From: an uncultured delta proteobacterium
GTDB lineage: Bacteria; Desulfobacterota; Desulfuromonadia; Geobacterales; Pseudopelobacteraceae
Length of the DNA: 64,000 nt
Reading direction: 5' to 3'
Assembly: GCA_963772835.1 (NCBI GenBank)
Contig: CAVYYZ010000003.1
Span: forward strand, 64,001-128,000
Position numbers and translations under genes: made by a program. Numbering within the stretch: the first letter of the stretch is position 1; each line of letters begins with the position of its first letter. Shown here in pieces: positions 32,301-41,993 of the stretch. The notes beneath the pieces were generated by a model. That model worked only from the letters and a program-made list of their open reading frames with translations, was not told the origin of the DNA and searched no databases.

Positions 32301-32925
32301 AATGAGCGGTCTCAGCTTTTTTCAGGCGGATCTCCTCGGAGGGACTCTTCTCGCCCGAGGTCTGTTCGACCTGCGTCCGGAGGTCCCGAACATAACTGCT
32401 GCCGGATCCTTTTCACATCTTGATATCACCTATCTGCTGCCGGCAGAAAACAGAAAGCGGCAGGGGGATCAGGATGCCGAGATCACCGGGGAGATGAGTC
32501 TTACCGCGCCGCTGACAGCCGAGCAGCGCGAGCTGTTTGAACAGCTCCGGCTTGCGCTGAATGTGCGCAAGATCGGAAGCAATACGATTGAACGGGCACT
32601 CTTCAGTCTCGACCCGTACGAGCGGAACGAACAGGTGGTTGCCCAGCGAAAAATGCTGCGGCTGGGCGGGTTGAAGGGGCTGCGGGCCACTGCGGTTGAT
32701 GGCGCCTTCAGCATGGAAGGGGAGGCGTACATTAAAGGGGTGACCGTGGATCTGCCGAAGGTGGAGCGGCTGCGCATTTCCGAACTGCCGCTCCGCCGGG
32801 AACTGGTGAAGAACAGGAGTGCGATCAAGACGCTGCGCGGTGTTCTTGACCTGGTACGTGCCGATAGTATTGTTGTCGGTCCAAAGGGTGAACTATCATT
32901 GAAACGGAGGAAATATGCTCAATAG
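29308..32925 (+). CDS. Large AsmA/YdbH-like periplasmic protein with N-terminal membrane anchor
   Basis: 1205 aa; single N-terminal TM then continuous amphipathic beta-strand pattern; adjacent to a YnbE/YdbL-like gene (family call is inference). Confidence 0.65.
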   Translation: MSFMSTFMHKIPVKRICKIAVFAIFAGVLLLSVTLASLPTLINSHTVQNRIQKALSSSMKRQVAWSNLVMTWPAGLTLSGFTFGDGPAPLLRAEIDRITIVPGFGRGTDGGFGIDLTIRIHTVRADLAPGPAKPPSPKPAKDPLTLLAETIQKVQKLDVPLPVDLRVMVEVAPMQVTYHAPPPGKQLQLRDFSLRFAMPSLAARPVTAEVNGRVSANGHDVGNVTFNAKVSDLVTKTSRVHLASALFSVDTTAPGTSMTLTGGLSQSEGFAARVKLDLPGFQAIAGPFIPPTVPKLEGNFELLLRAKSDANRDLHASLTIDGSGLAARGGSLKAKKVGPLDLKLRQLIATDHTRQRVDFSSGTLSIPGLLDAAWNASVTRPTSPERALEIRFGPLRLDLARVFSLSAPFIPATVPVTDIAGEASLRSLILHLNGPGNHGTLAVNGFGIIIPRVRLALVKGDLTAENTELTLDMAECPLSATVPTRLTADLLWSIGKTRLSGVEPLTVLGMRGKVGVALSDLNLKGASPRRVSASAVMTQTLDLDRASLGIRLTAENVHEQLRILARAADNGEITADLPEFAVTVDSLHGTQSGRRIAPFPLAASLTATDLHITTVKGVRPTLKHAAAVISAGDFLRFTADAALSGASPQRATSSGTARIDLHRALPYAAPFAPKGLKADGVVTAVWDMAGPLPEKALSAEKHPLRNARTVLSLFDTLEFGLKLDTISASVPSARGTITVTGLRTGPELHFVTARKGESARFDGGLLFAGVNGLPGAAGKLPVQHGSFVFNGELSGWREFRLSEALRIDPLALSHEAELNVSRIDALLEEKEPFNTVTLLKRLDATLIAGFDGKFSRGMKQLLPGFDVAGTVSSAVRVDLSAAHELALRCSLSTKDFDVQIANGTKVEGLSSDIAVNRVYSLAASTGERWTPLSTALIRPAAVVPENPGAAEIIGRIHDDLRGDMNGARSFTIRRVTTKASGVPLVITALEGDLLFTREMSGLSFFQADLLGGTLLARGLFDLRPEVPNITAAGSFSHLDITYLLPAENRKRQGDQDAEITGEMSLTAPLTAEQRELFEQLRLALNVRKIGSNTIERALFSLDPYERNEQVVAQRKMLRLGGLKGLRATAVDGAFSMEGEAYIKGVTVDLPKVERLRISELPLRRELVKNRSAIKTLRGVLDLVRADSIVVGPKGELSLKRRKYAQ

Positions 32926-33517
32926 ATCAAGGAGAGGGATTACAACAACTGTTGCCCTGGCTCTTTTTGTTTCAGGCTGCACCCTTGCCAAGGTCGATGT
33001 CAATGTTGTCAGCGAACGGACTTCCCTGGAAAATCAGGTTCTCGGAACATACAACAGTCTGAGTGAGGACATGCTGCTGGTCGCGTCGGTACGGGGTGTC
33101 TCCCCGACCGGGAAAATCGCCTCGCCGCCCAGGCATACGCCGGAGCAGGCTGATGCTGTCCGGGCGATGGAGACGATCGCATTTCATGCCGATGATGTTG
33201 AATCTTTCAAGGGTTTCGGCTGGGTTGGCGAGAACCGGGAAGGGCTGCTGACCACCTTTACCCGAGAACCACCGAAGGGTGCGTCTGCAGAGCTGAAGTC
33301 GTTTGCCGCCAATTACAGTGATGCCGAATTTCAGCAAGTCGTGCAGGAGGTTAACCAGGCGCGTGACGTATTGATGATACGGGTGGTGCAGACTAATGAA
33401 AACTTCACGATCAAGGATCTGCCGTCCATCCGCACGGTTTTTGCAAAGATAAACCGTCAGAATTCCGCTCCAGGATCAAAGGTTCAGGATGCCGACGGCC
33501 GGTGGCAGACGCTATGA
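32915..33517 (+). CDS. Lipoprotein, DUF1318 (YdbL)-like with YnbE-like N-terminus
   Basis: Lipobox VSGC; GWVGENREGLL, EVNQAR, GSKVQDADGRW resemble YdbL motifs. Confidence 0.75.
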   Translation: MLNRSRRGITTTVALALFVSGCTLAKVDVNVVSERTSLENQVLGTYNSLSEDMLLVASVRGVSPTGKIASPPRHTPEQADAVRAMETIAFHADDVESFKGFGWVGENREGLLTTFTREPPKGASAELKSFAANYSDAEFQQVVQEVNQARDVLMIRVVQTNENFTIKDLPSIRTVFAKINRQNSAPGSKVQDADGRWQTL

Positions 33518-36500
33518 AACCGTGTCGTCTATGGATCACAGTGGGTCTGCTGTCACTTGGTCTGCTGATCTGCTGCTCACCGGCATCGGCACTGCCGCTC
33601 GGCGACGAGCTGCTGGCTCCGGCGGCCCCCCGTTCTGCGCCGCGCTCCCGTCCGGAAACGTCCCCCCGGCCTGCCATTTTCAGTTCGCGTCAGGTTCTGT
33701 ACGTTGCCCGGGCCGCAGACGGCACACGGATGGTTACCGTTGAACGGGGCGACAAGGGTGATGAACTCTGGCTCTATTCTTTCACCGTCGTTCCGGAACT
33801 GCCGCGCCTGCTTCATACGAGCCCGGTTCGACTGGCTGCTCCGGCACTCAATGCCGACGGGACGCTTGTCGCTTTTGTTGATGCACAGGATGATGTCAAG
33901 GGTGATATATGGCTGTTAAATTTATCAAAACATGATTCCGCACCCCGGCGGCTGACCGGCAGGGAATCGGCCGACGATGCGCCGGTGTTCACTGCAAACG
34001 GGTCGGCTTTGGTGTATCAGCGTCAGATGCCGGGGGCAACGGTGCGTGAACTGGTACGGATTCAACTCGGCGATAACCGGATAGACCTGCTGCCGGTCGG
34101 CATCGATGCCGCGTTTGCGGCCCCTTCGCCGGACGGTACCAGGTGGCTGTTCGTGTCGCGCACGTCAGACCCTAACGGCGATCTCTGGCTCTGGAACGAA
34201 CAGGGGGGGGCGATCACGCAACTGACGGATGGTGCCGGACGTGATTTGTATCCGGCCTGGGAAAGCGCGGATACGATCCTTTTTACCCGTCAATCCGCCG
34301 CCGGGGAAAATGCTGCGGACGGGCAGTCCTCGGGGCAGATCTACCGGCTGCATCTGAAGCGTGCCGGAGATGACGGTTTCCCGTTTGCTTCTCCACTTAC
34401 CTCTGCCGCGTTGGTGGCGGTGGCGCCGCTTCCGGCCGGGGATCGGTTTTATTTCGTTGCCGGTCTGGCCGGTGGCGGACAGGTCATGTACCTTCCTGCG
34501 TCCGGCGAGATCCCGGATCGTCCGACTGTTGCCGAACAATGGGCGCTGGCACGCATCCTTCTGGAACGTCAGCCCCCCGATCCGGCCCATGCCCGGTTGG
34601 CATCCGCCCGTGTTCTTGCGCGCGAGAATTCTCCCGTACTCGAAGGGGCACTGGCCGGACTGGCTCTGGCCGGATTGATGGAGCAGGCGGGGGAAGCCGT
34701 TCAGGCCGAAGAACAGTACGGAGCGGTCGCCCGCCGTTACGGCAGCTTTCCCCGGGAAGCGGCACTGGCCCGAATCGCCCGGATCAGGATACAGTCGGCG
34801 CAGCGCTGCATTGATGTCATTCAGCTGGAGCGGCGGCAGGAAATTCTTCGTGAGGCGGAACAGTCGATGAAAGCTGTTGCGGAAGGGAAAGGTGCCGACG
34901 CAACGGCCCGCTATCTGATCGATACCGCACGGCTGCTGGCTGATTACGGTAATGGTGCTGCCGGTCAGTTGGCCGCAATCGGAATGACGGAGCAGGTTGC
35001 CGCTCTGAAGGATGCTTCCCGGCCGCTTCAGGCTGAGGCGGCGCTCCGTCGCGCCATGCTTCTGACAAAGCTTGAAAAAGGTCCCGGAGCTCTCGGAGCG
35101 CTGGTCGCTGTTGCCACCGCATACGGCGATCAGGAAGAGTGGGCCGAAGCGGCGATCACCGCCGTTCTGGATCAGGTGTCTCCCCGTGATCACCCGGATC
35201 AGGCGGCGCTCTCGGCGCTTGCTGAACGTTACCGGACCGTTCTCCCCCGCCTCGCGATGGGGGCCTGGAACCGTCAGGGTGACGTGGCATATCGGGCCAA
35301 TGAGTGGGCCAGGGCCAAGGATGCCTATCGCACGGTTCTCGAAAAATTCCCTGCCATCCCGACTCCTACCGCTGCGGCGCGCTTTGCTCTGGCGGAAGTA
35401 CTCTATCGCGAGGAACGCTACGCCGAGGCCAAGGCGCTGTACGAAACGGAAATGAACCTGCAGCCTGAGGATACGCCTCTCTATCAGCTGGCCCGGGCCG
35501 CCTATATCCGCAAAACAGTGGCGGCCGGCGAAAATCTGTATCGGATCGGCGAAATTGCCGCAGCCCGTTCGCTCTTTCTGGATCTTATCCGTTATGACGG
35601 GCGGAGTGTCGAGGCGCATCGAGGCTATATCAAATCGGTCGCCGCCATGGGTCAGGCCGTGGAACTGCTGGGCCGGTACCAATCCATGCTGAGCTCCTAT
35701 CCCGACGATCCGGTTCTCCTCTACGCAGCCGGACTCACACTGACCTATCTGCCGGGAAAAGAGAACCTGGAAGAGGCGGACCGTCTGATTGCCCGTGCGG
35801 CGGACCGGATGCCGTCATCGGAATACCCCCCCCAGACACGGGGGTATCTTGCCGAAGTGGCCGAGACCGTGTATGGAGAACGGGGCGGGCTGGAGCGGGC
35901 GCTTGCACAGTACCGCCGTGCCTGGCTGCTCAACCGGCCGCTGGAACAGCCTGAAAACCGCGCCAATCTTGATCTGAACATTGGCAATATCGCCTATCTG
36001 CTCGGCAGCAAGGCTACGGCCTGGAAATTCTACAGCCAGCGGCTGGCTTCAAAAATCCCGTTCGACAATCCGGATACCGAACTGATTTTTCAGCAGCGCT
36101 ATGCGGCGGTTGCATTTCAGATGCACGAAAAGGAAGCTCCCATCACCGGCTATCTCAGGGCGCTTCAGCTGACCGGGGAACGCCTGAATCCGTCCCGGCC
36201 GCTCGACCTGTTCGGCCGTTTGTCGAGGAGGGTCGTGGAGCGCCTTTTCTCCGGAACCGATCGCACTCCGGCCGCAGAAGCCGCACTGGGTGAACAGCAG
36301 GCAATTACCGCCGACCTTGAGCGCCTCGGAGCTGACCCACCGGAAGCGCCCCCTTCAAGCGGTTGGAGCAGTTTCGACAAGACGATGCGCGTTCTGCTGG
36401 AACGGCAGCGGACCCTGTTGGCTTCTGCTCCTTCCTGGAACAGAGACGCCGCTAAAAGTGCCGCCGAACTGAGCGGCATGAGTGCCGCCGTGGCAAAGGA

Positions 36501-39500
36501 GCTGGATGCTGTCCCGCGCTTGGTGGAAACGGCGGCCGAAATTCATGACCGGCTCGGTTTGGCGTACCTCGAAGCAGATCGTTTTACTGCCGCCCGCGAA
36601 CAGTTTGACGCCGCATACGTGTTGAACAAGGGGCTGGGGTTTACCGGCAATCTTGCCTCCAATCGTCGTTCAGCCAGCATTGCCGCCTATAGGGAAGCGC
36701 ATGCCGCCTCAGGTGAGGAACAGGAGCGGCTGCTGCGCCTGAGCCGTGACGGGTTCACCGGGCTGCTGACGCTGCTGAAAACCGATCCACCTGCGTCGAA
36801 GGCCCCGGCAAAGCGGAGCGGTGGTCTGGTGGAGCTGTCTGCCACTATTGCTCTCGATAAGGGTGGTTCCACTGATGCCGCCTTCGGTTTCAGTGCCGAA
36901 CAGGAAAAGCGGCTCGCCGAGATTTATCTGGCACGTATCCAGTCCGAACTGGGGAACACGACTGCCGCCGTGCTTCTGCTGAGGAATCAGCTGGAACGGT
37001 ACCCGTCCGATAATAAAAAAATAGCAGTGCGCGACCTGTACGGGGTCGCGCTCCTTAGCCACCGTACCGCTCATGTTGATTATGCCCTCGGAAACATCAC
37101 GGCTTCTGAGGCCGGTTTTCACCGTTCGACGCTCCTCTCCCTGCAGGGTGGGAACACGATCAGTGCGATGCTCAATCTGGTCAACTGGGGGCAACTGCTG
37201 GCGACAAACGGGAAACCTGCTGATATTACGGCATTTTTGAGCGCCGTGGCGGGGGTTTCCAGACTTGCCGAAGCCTCCCGCGCCGCACTCCCGCCGCTCG
37301 TGTACGGCCGTTTTCACAATGACGCCGGAGCCCTTCTTGCCCGCCTGGCTTCGGCCGGGCCGGATGATGCCAGCCGCCAGGCACTGCTGTACAAAGCACT
37401 GGAACAGTGGGACAGGGTGCTTGTCCTTCCTGCCGACTCCGGCGACAGAGAACTTCTCCATCAGCAGCGCCGCCAGCGGGCGGTTGCCCTGCTTAACCGC
37501 AGCGCGGTTCTGGCGGCGCTCGACCTGGCCGATGCAGCTGAAGCGACCCGCAGCACCGCTCTGGACGAAGCCCGCACTGCTGCTGCGTATTCGCTGGAAT
37601 GGCGCGCTCTTGCCGCGCTGGGGCGCTATGATGATTCGCTCGGACTGCTCGGGCATCTGCCGTTGACGGAGTACGACCTGCAGCGCGGCGAACTGACAGA
37701 GCGCTTTGCCCCGTATCTGGCTGATATGGCTGCTAAAAATCCCGAACAGTCATTTGCACTGCTGGAGCGGTTGAGCGAGATCGAACGGGTGCAGCTGCTC
37801 GGCCGTGGTGCTCTCGGTCTGGATGTTCCTGCGACAGTCGATCAGTTTCGTGCTGCTGCGCCGCATCTCGCCGAAATCGACCGGCTGCGTGATGCCAATG
37901 CCAGGGGAACGGATGTCGACAAGGAGTATCTGCAACTGCGGCTTGGTCAGGTACAGTCGGCTGTTGACGATCTTTTCGGAGCGAAGCTCGAACGGCTGCC
38001 ATCTTTTTATGCCCGGGGAGGGGAAGGTGCGCTCCGCTTTGTTGCGGCATCGGTTGAACTGAGCCGGTTGTCCCGGGCAGGTGAGGTTTCAGAGCCGCTT
38101 TCCGATGCCTTGAAGGCTGTACAGCAACGTTTCAGCACTCTGCAGTCGGCGTTCAACAAAGAGTGTGCTGCCGGAAAAGGTGGCACTCTCTGTCGCCTGA
38201 TTTCGCCGCAACCGGTCGAACTGATCGATGTTCTGGAAATTGTGCCGGGAAAGACGCTGCTCCGCTTCACACCCCTGGGGAACGGCCGCTGGCTGCTCTT
38301 TACGACCGGCGGCAAGGCCGGGATTGTGGCCGAAACGGTCGACGAAAAAACGCTTGCTGCCCGGCTTTCTGCCGTTCCGCCGGTTCTGGCCGCCTACGAG
38401 GATCCATCCCGGTTCAGCGCTGCACCGGTGGCTGGCTGGAGCCTAAGCGCCAGTCATCTTGTGCAGTCATTTACGCAGCGAAAACCGTTCCGCCGACAAC
38501 TGCTCGACCCGTCCGGCTGGTGGAAGGGGGGAGGTCCGTTTTCGAAGCTTGCGTCACCCCGGATGACTGACCGCCTGACCGACGCTCATACGCTGGTACT
38601 TCCGGCCCGGGCCGGGCTGCTTCCTGAAGTCCCGTCACTCCCCGGTGGGAGCGGTTACTCGCTGCCGTTGTGGGAGGATGACACGGGACAGCGCCATCCG
38701 TTCTCCGAACTGGCCGCAGCGGAGAATCTCTCGCTGATTGTCGCTCCGTACGCCGGCTTCAGTCAGGTTTACTACCTGGGGCATCTGGCCGCTCTTCAGG
38801 GAGTTCCGTCGCTTCTTCTGGGTGATCGCACACCGGGTGATGCTGCCGCAGTCGACTCAAAGGCGTTTGTCGTCGCGTATGCAGAACAGTCGCTCGGAGA
38901 TGCCCGTAAACTGCTCCCCTCCGGCTGGTTGCTGATCGGTGATACGGGGCCGGATGCGACTGAGGCGGCAAAGCTGGGAAAAAGCCGCTTTACCGAATAC
39001 GGTAAAGCCGGTGTCCTGGCTCACAACGCCGGTTCTTATCCGAAAGCGCTCTCCCTGTTTGAAAATGCGCTGGCAATCGTCGCCGAAAATCCAACCCTGG
39101 CTAAATATCGAACCCAGCTGCATCGCTATGCACGTGAAAGCGCGTTTGCCGCCGGATTCACCGATCGGGCCATTGTCCATGCCGATGCGCTGGTCAAGGG
39201 GTTGGCCGCGGAGAAACCCTATTCTCCCGAACATGCCGACGCGCTGCTGCGCCTTGGCCTGCTGCAGGGGAACGCGGAACGTTTCTCCGATGCCGCCATC
39301 TCGCTGAAAGAAGGGGTCGGCATCTTTGCCGATCTCGGCATGGCAAAGGAGCAGGCGGCTGCATTGGCTGACTTCGGTGTCGTGATGGAAAATTCGGTCA
39401 ATTACACCGCCGCCCGGACCTATTTTGAAGAAGCGGCCGGTTTACGCCGGACCTTGAAGGACGAAGTGCCGCTGGCCGAACAGTATCGTAACCTTGGCCG

Positions 39501-41820
39501 GATCTATGACCTGCGCCTCAACCGGTATGCGGTTGCCGAAAAATATTATGCCCAGGCCGGTGAGATCTATGCGCGAACCGCCAACGCACCGCTGGAAGCA
39601 GAAACCCTCCTTGAACGGGGGCGCTGCCAGCGTCTGCTCGGCAACTTTCCGGCAGCAGATGCACTTTACACCGCTGCGCTGGCAAAGGTCGGGTCGAAAG
39701 ATCAGCGCACGAAGATGCGGATCGTACTGGAACAGGCCAATAACGCCTGGTTTCAGGGACGGTATCAGGAAGCGTTTGACCTGCGGGAACTGGTGGAAAA
39801 GAACGCTCAGGCCGAAAAATGGTCGCTTGAACAGGTTATGGTGAAGAATACCGGCGGTCTGATCTGGTGGACGCTGGGGGACAACAAACGGGCTCTGCTG
39901 GAATTGCGGGGTGCACTGGAGCGAGCGGATAAACTGGCGGTCCGGCGTGATGAGGTTGCGACGACACTCAACAACATCGGCCTGGTCCAACGCGAATCCG
40001 GCGATTATTCCCACGCGCTGGACACGCTTGGAAAAGCACTTGTCATTGATCGTGCGCTCGGCTCCCGCTGGGCGATGGCGTACGATCTGCGCAATCTCGG
40101 ACAGACCCGTCTGAAGATGGGGGATGCCGCAGCCGCGCTGCAGCAGTTTGCCGAGGCAGGTGTCATGGCGACGGAAATCGGCGACAAGGTCAACCTTGCA
40201 AAGATTCATCTCGCCCGCGGCGATGCCGAAACGGAGCTGAAGCAGCAGGCATTGGCCGAAGCAAGCTATCGCAGCGCACTTGACATTGCCGATGCGCTGC
40301 TGCTGCGGGAAGTGCGCTGGAGGGCCCTGTTCGGGCTGGCCAGACTGCAGCAGAATGCCGGAAATTTGCCCGGAGCCGTTACATCATATCAGCAGTCGCT
40401 GGAGACTGTCGAAGGGCTCAGGGCCGAAATAAAGCTCGACCAGCTCAAAGACGGTTTCCTCGCCGACAAGATGGATGTCTACTCCGGGCTTGTCAGTCTG
40501 CTGGTTGATCTGAAACGGAGCGATGAAGCGTTCGCGGTGGCGGAACGTTCCCGCTCCCGCAACCTGATCGATATTCTCGGGCGTCAGCGGCTGTCTCTTT
40601 CCGGAGCGGTGGATCAGGAACTGTACGATCGTCAGAACCGTCTTAAAGAGCAGATGCTTGAACAGGAAAATCTGTCGGTTCAAGCGGCGAACCCGAAAGA
40701 GAGGGCCCGCTATGCTCAGGCGCTGGAGAAGCTGCGCGGCGATTATCAGGATCTGTTGATCGACATCGAACGGAAGCGTCCGGAGCTTCTGGCGCTGGTA
40801 ACGGTTAATCCGACTACGCTCGATGATATCCGCACACTGCTTGAACCGGGTGTTGTCCTCCTTTCGTATTATCAACTCCCCGACCGGTTGTTATGCTGGA
40901 AGATCGACCGCGACCGCGTAACACTGATGATTCAGAAGATTCAGTCCAAGGAGCTGGCCGCAAAGATCTCATCTTACCGCCGGATGATGCAGAATCTGGA
41001 ACCGCTGGAAAAACAGTCGCGTGAACTGTATGAGCTGCTGGTTGCGCAGCCGCTGGCGGGGAGCGGACCGCTCCGTGCGGTCGGCATCATCCCGCATGGC
41101 AGTCTCCATTATCTGTCGTTTGCAACGCTGAACGACGGGCGTGATTACCTGGTTGACCGCCAGAAACTCTTTTATCTCCCGGCGGCATCGGTGTTGAAAT
41201 ACACGCTGGCGAGACGGAGTCCCGGGAAAAAACTGCACATTCTGGCGATCGGTAACCCCGATCTCGGTAATCCGTCTCTTGACCTCCCATTCGCAGAGCG
41301 TGAAGCGGGAGCCCTGCGCTGGAATTATCCCGATGTGACGACCCTGACCCGCGAACGTGCCACTGAGAGCTGGATTCGTGAGCATATCAGCGAATTCGGT
41401 GTTATCCACATAGCTTCTCATGGCGAATTCGATCCGATCAACCCGCTCTTTTCGGCGATCCGTCTGGCAAAGGACAGCAAAGCCGATGGGAAACTCCAGG
41501 CTGAGGAGATTTTCGGGCTCGATATACATGCTGATCTTGTCGTGCTGAGCGCCTGTCAGACCGGACTCGGGGATATCCGGAGCGGCGATGATGTCGTCGG
41601 CATGAGCCGGGCGTTTATCTTTGCCGGCACCCACTCGCTGATGTCGAGCCTCTGGCGTGTCAGCGACGTTTCAACAGCGATAATGATGAAGCAGTTTTAT
41701 CGCAGCTACATGACCTACGACAAAGCGGAGAGTCTGACCCGGGCAATGCAGCACGTGAAAAACCGTTATCCGCATCCGGGGTACTGGGGGGCGTTTGTCC
41801 TGACCGGGGATTATCAATAG
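33514..41820 (+). CDS. Exported giant PD40/TolB-propeller + TPR + CHAT (caspase-like) protease
   Basis: Sec-type signal (..SPASA-LP); repeats APALNADG, PVFTANG, PSPDG, PAWES; many TPRs; C-terminal IHIASHG and VLSACQTG dyad, SLWRVSD, HPGYWGAFVLTG; ATG 33514 overlaps upstream TGA. Confidence 0.9.
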   Translation: MKPCRLWITVGLLSLGLLICCSPASALPLGDELLAPAAPRSAPRSRPETSPRPAIFSSRQVLYVARAADGTRMVTVERGDKGDELWLYSFTVVPELPRLLHTSPVRLAAPALNADGTLVAFVDAQDDVKGDIWLLNLSKHDSAPRRLTGRESADDAPVFTANGSALVYQRQMPGATVRELVRIQLGDNRIDLLPVGIDAAFAAPSPDGTRWLFVSRTSDPNGDLWLWNEQGGAITQLTDGAGRDLYPAWESADTILFTRQSAAGENAADGQSSGQIYRLHLKRAGDDGFPFASPLTSAALVAVAPLPAGDRFYFVAGLAGGGQVMYLPASGEIPDRPTVAEQWALARILLERQPPDPAHARLASARVLARENSPVLEGALAGLALAGLMEQAGEAVQAEEQYGAVARRYGSFPREAALARIARIRIQSAQRCIDVIQLERRQEILREAEQSMKAVAEGKGADATARYLIDTARLLADYGNGAAGQLAAIGMTEQVAALKDASRPLQAEAALRRAMLLTKLEKGPGALGALVAVATAYGDQEEWAEAAITAVLDQVSPRDHPDQAALSALAERYRTVLPRLAMGAWNRQGDVAYRANEWARAKDAYRTVLEKFPAIPTPTAAARFALAEVLYREERYAEAKALYETEMNLQPEDTPLYQLARAAYIRKTVAAGENLYRIGEIAAARSLFLDLIRYDGRSVEAHRGYIKSVAAMGQAVELLGRYQSMLSSYPDDPVLLYAAGLTLTYLPGKENLEEADRLIARAADRMPSSEYPPQTRGYLAEVAETVYGERGGLERALAQYRRAWLLNRPLEQPENRANLDLNIGNIAYLLGSKATAWKFYSQRLASKIPFDNPDTELIFQQRYAAVAFQMHEKEAPITGYLRALQLTGERLNPSRPLDLFGRLSRRVVERLFSGTDRTPAAEAALGEQQAITADLERLGADPPEAPPSSGWSSFDKTMRVLLERQRTLLASAPSWNRDAAKSAAELSGMSAAVAKELDAVPRLVETAAEIHDRLGLAYLEADRFTAAREQFDAAYVLNKGLGFTGNLASNRRSASIAAYREAHAASGEEQERLLRLSRDGFTGLLTLLKTDPPASKAPAKRSGGLVELSATIALDKGGSTDAAFGFSAEQEKRLAEIYLARIQSELGNTTAAVLLLRNQLERYPSDNKKIAVRDLYGVALLSHRTAHVDYALGNITASEAGFHRSTLLSLQGGNTISAMLNLVNWGQLLATNGKPADITAFLSAVAGVSRLAEASRAALPPLVYGRFHNDAGALLARLASAGPDDASRQALLYKALEQWDRVLVLPADSGDRELLHQQRRQRAVALLNRSAVLAALDLADAAEATRSTALDEARTAAAYSLEWRALAALGRYDDSLGLLGHLPLTEYDLQRGELTERFAPYLADMAAKNPEQSFALLERLSEIERVQLLGRGALGLDVPATVDQFRAAAPHLAEIDRLRDANARGTDVDKEYLQLRLGQVQSAVDDLFGAKLERLPSFYARGGEGALRFVAASVELSRLSRAGEVSEPLSDALKAVQQRFSTLQSAFNKECAAGKGGTLCRLISPQPVELIDVLEIVPGKTLLRFTPLGNGRWLLFTTGGKAGIVAETVDEKTLAARLSAVPPVLAAYEDPSRFSAAPVAGWSLSASHLVQSFTQRKPFRRQLLDPSGWWKGGGPFSKLASPRMTDRLTDAHTLVLPARAGLLPEVPSLPGGSGYSLPLWEDDTGQRHPFSELAAAENLSLIVAPYAGFSQVYYLGHLAALQGVPSLLLGDRTPGDAAAVDSKAFVVAYAEQSLGDARKLLPSGWLLIGDTGPDATEAAKLGKSRFTEYGKAGVLAHNAGSYPKALSLFENALAIVAENPTLAKYRTQLHRYARESAFAAGFTDRAIVHADALVKGLAAEKPYSPEHADALLRLGLLQGNAERFSDAAISLKEGVGIFADLGMAKEQAAALADFGVVMENSVNYTAARTYFEEAAGLRRTLKDEVPLAEQYRNLGRIYDLRLNRYAVAEKYYAQAGEIYARTANAPLEAETLLERGRCQRLLGNFPAADALYTAALAKVGSKDQRTKMRIVLEQANNAWFQGRYQEAFDLRELVEKNAQAEKWSLEQVMVKNTGGLIWWTLGDNKRALLELRGALERADKLAVRRDEVATTLNNIGLVQRESGDYSHALDTLGKALVIDRALGSRWAMAYDLRNLGQTRLKMGDAAAALQQFAEAGVMATEIGDKVNLAKIHLARGDAETELKQQALAEASYRSALDIADALLLREVRWRALFGLARLQQNAGNLPGAVTSYQQSLETVEGLRAEIKLDQLKDGFLADKMDVYSGLVSLLVDLKRSDEAFAVAERSRSRNLIDILGRQRLSLSGAVDQELYDRQNRLKEQMLEQENLSVQAANPKERARYAQALEKLRGDYQDLLIDIERKRPELLALVTVNPTTLDDIRTLLEPGVVLLSYYQLPDRLLCWKIDRDRVTLMIQKIQSKELAAKISSYRRMMQNLEPLEKQSRELYELLVAQPLAGSGPLRAVGIIPHGSLHYLSFATLNDGRDYLVDRQKLFYLPAASVLKYTLARRSPGKKLHILAIGNPDLGNPSLDLPFAEREAGALRWNYPDVTTLTRERATESWIREHISEFGVIHIASHGEFDPINPLFSAIRLAKDSKADGKLQAEEIFGLDIHADLVVLSACQTGLGDIRSGDDVVGMSRAFIFAGTHSLMSSLWRVSDVSTAIMMKQFYRSYMTYDKAESLTRAMQHVKNRYPHPGYWGAFVLTGDYQ

Positions 41821-41993
41821 ATGGATTCCAACAGCGTACATATGATAGGTTGCAGGAGCGGCTTGAATGCCCTGAGACGGTCAAGTCGGAGCTATATTTT
41901 TACGTAAGATCTTGCGAATAGTGAGATTTCAGAATGATTCCATACGAAATTGTAACCAAACTGAAGTGAAACAGCTGACAAAGGAGGTTCAAA

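Noticed and set aside
34165..35682. Long antisense ORFs (505 aa here; also 29137-30363, 36709-37656, 45196-46071, 54205-55170)
   Set aside because: Shadow frames of GC-rich genuine genes, with no motifs
33514..41820. Type III-E CRISPR (Csx29) or gasdermin defence system
   Set aside because: No Cas7-11, Csx30 or gasdermin-like neighbour, and the protease carries an export signal
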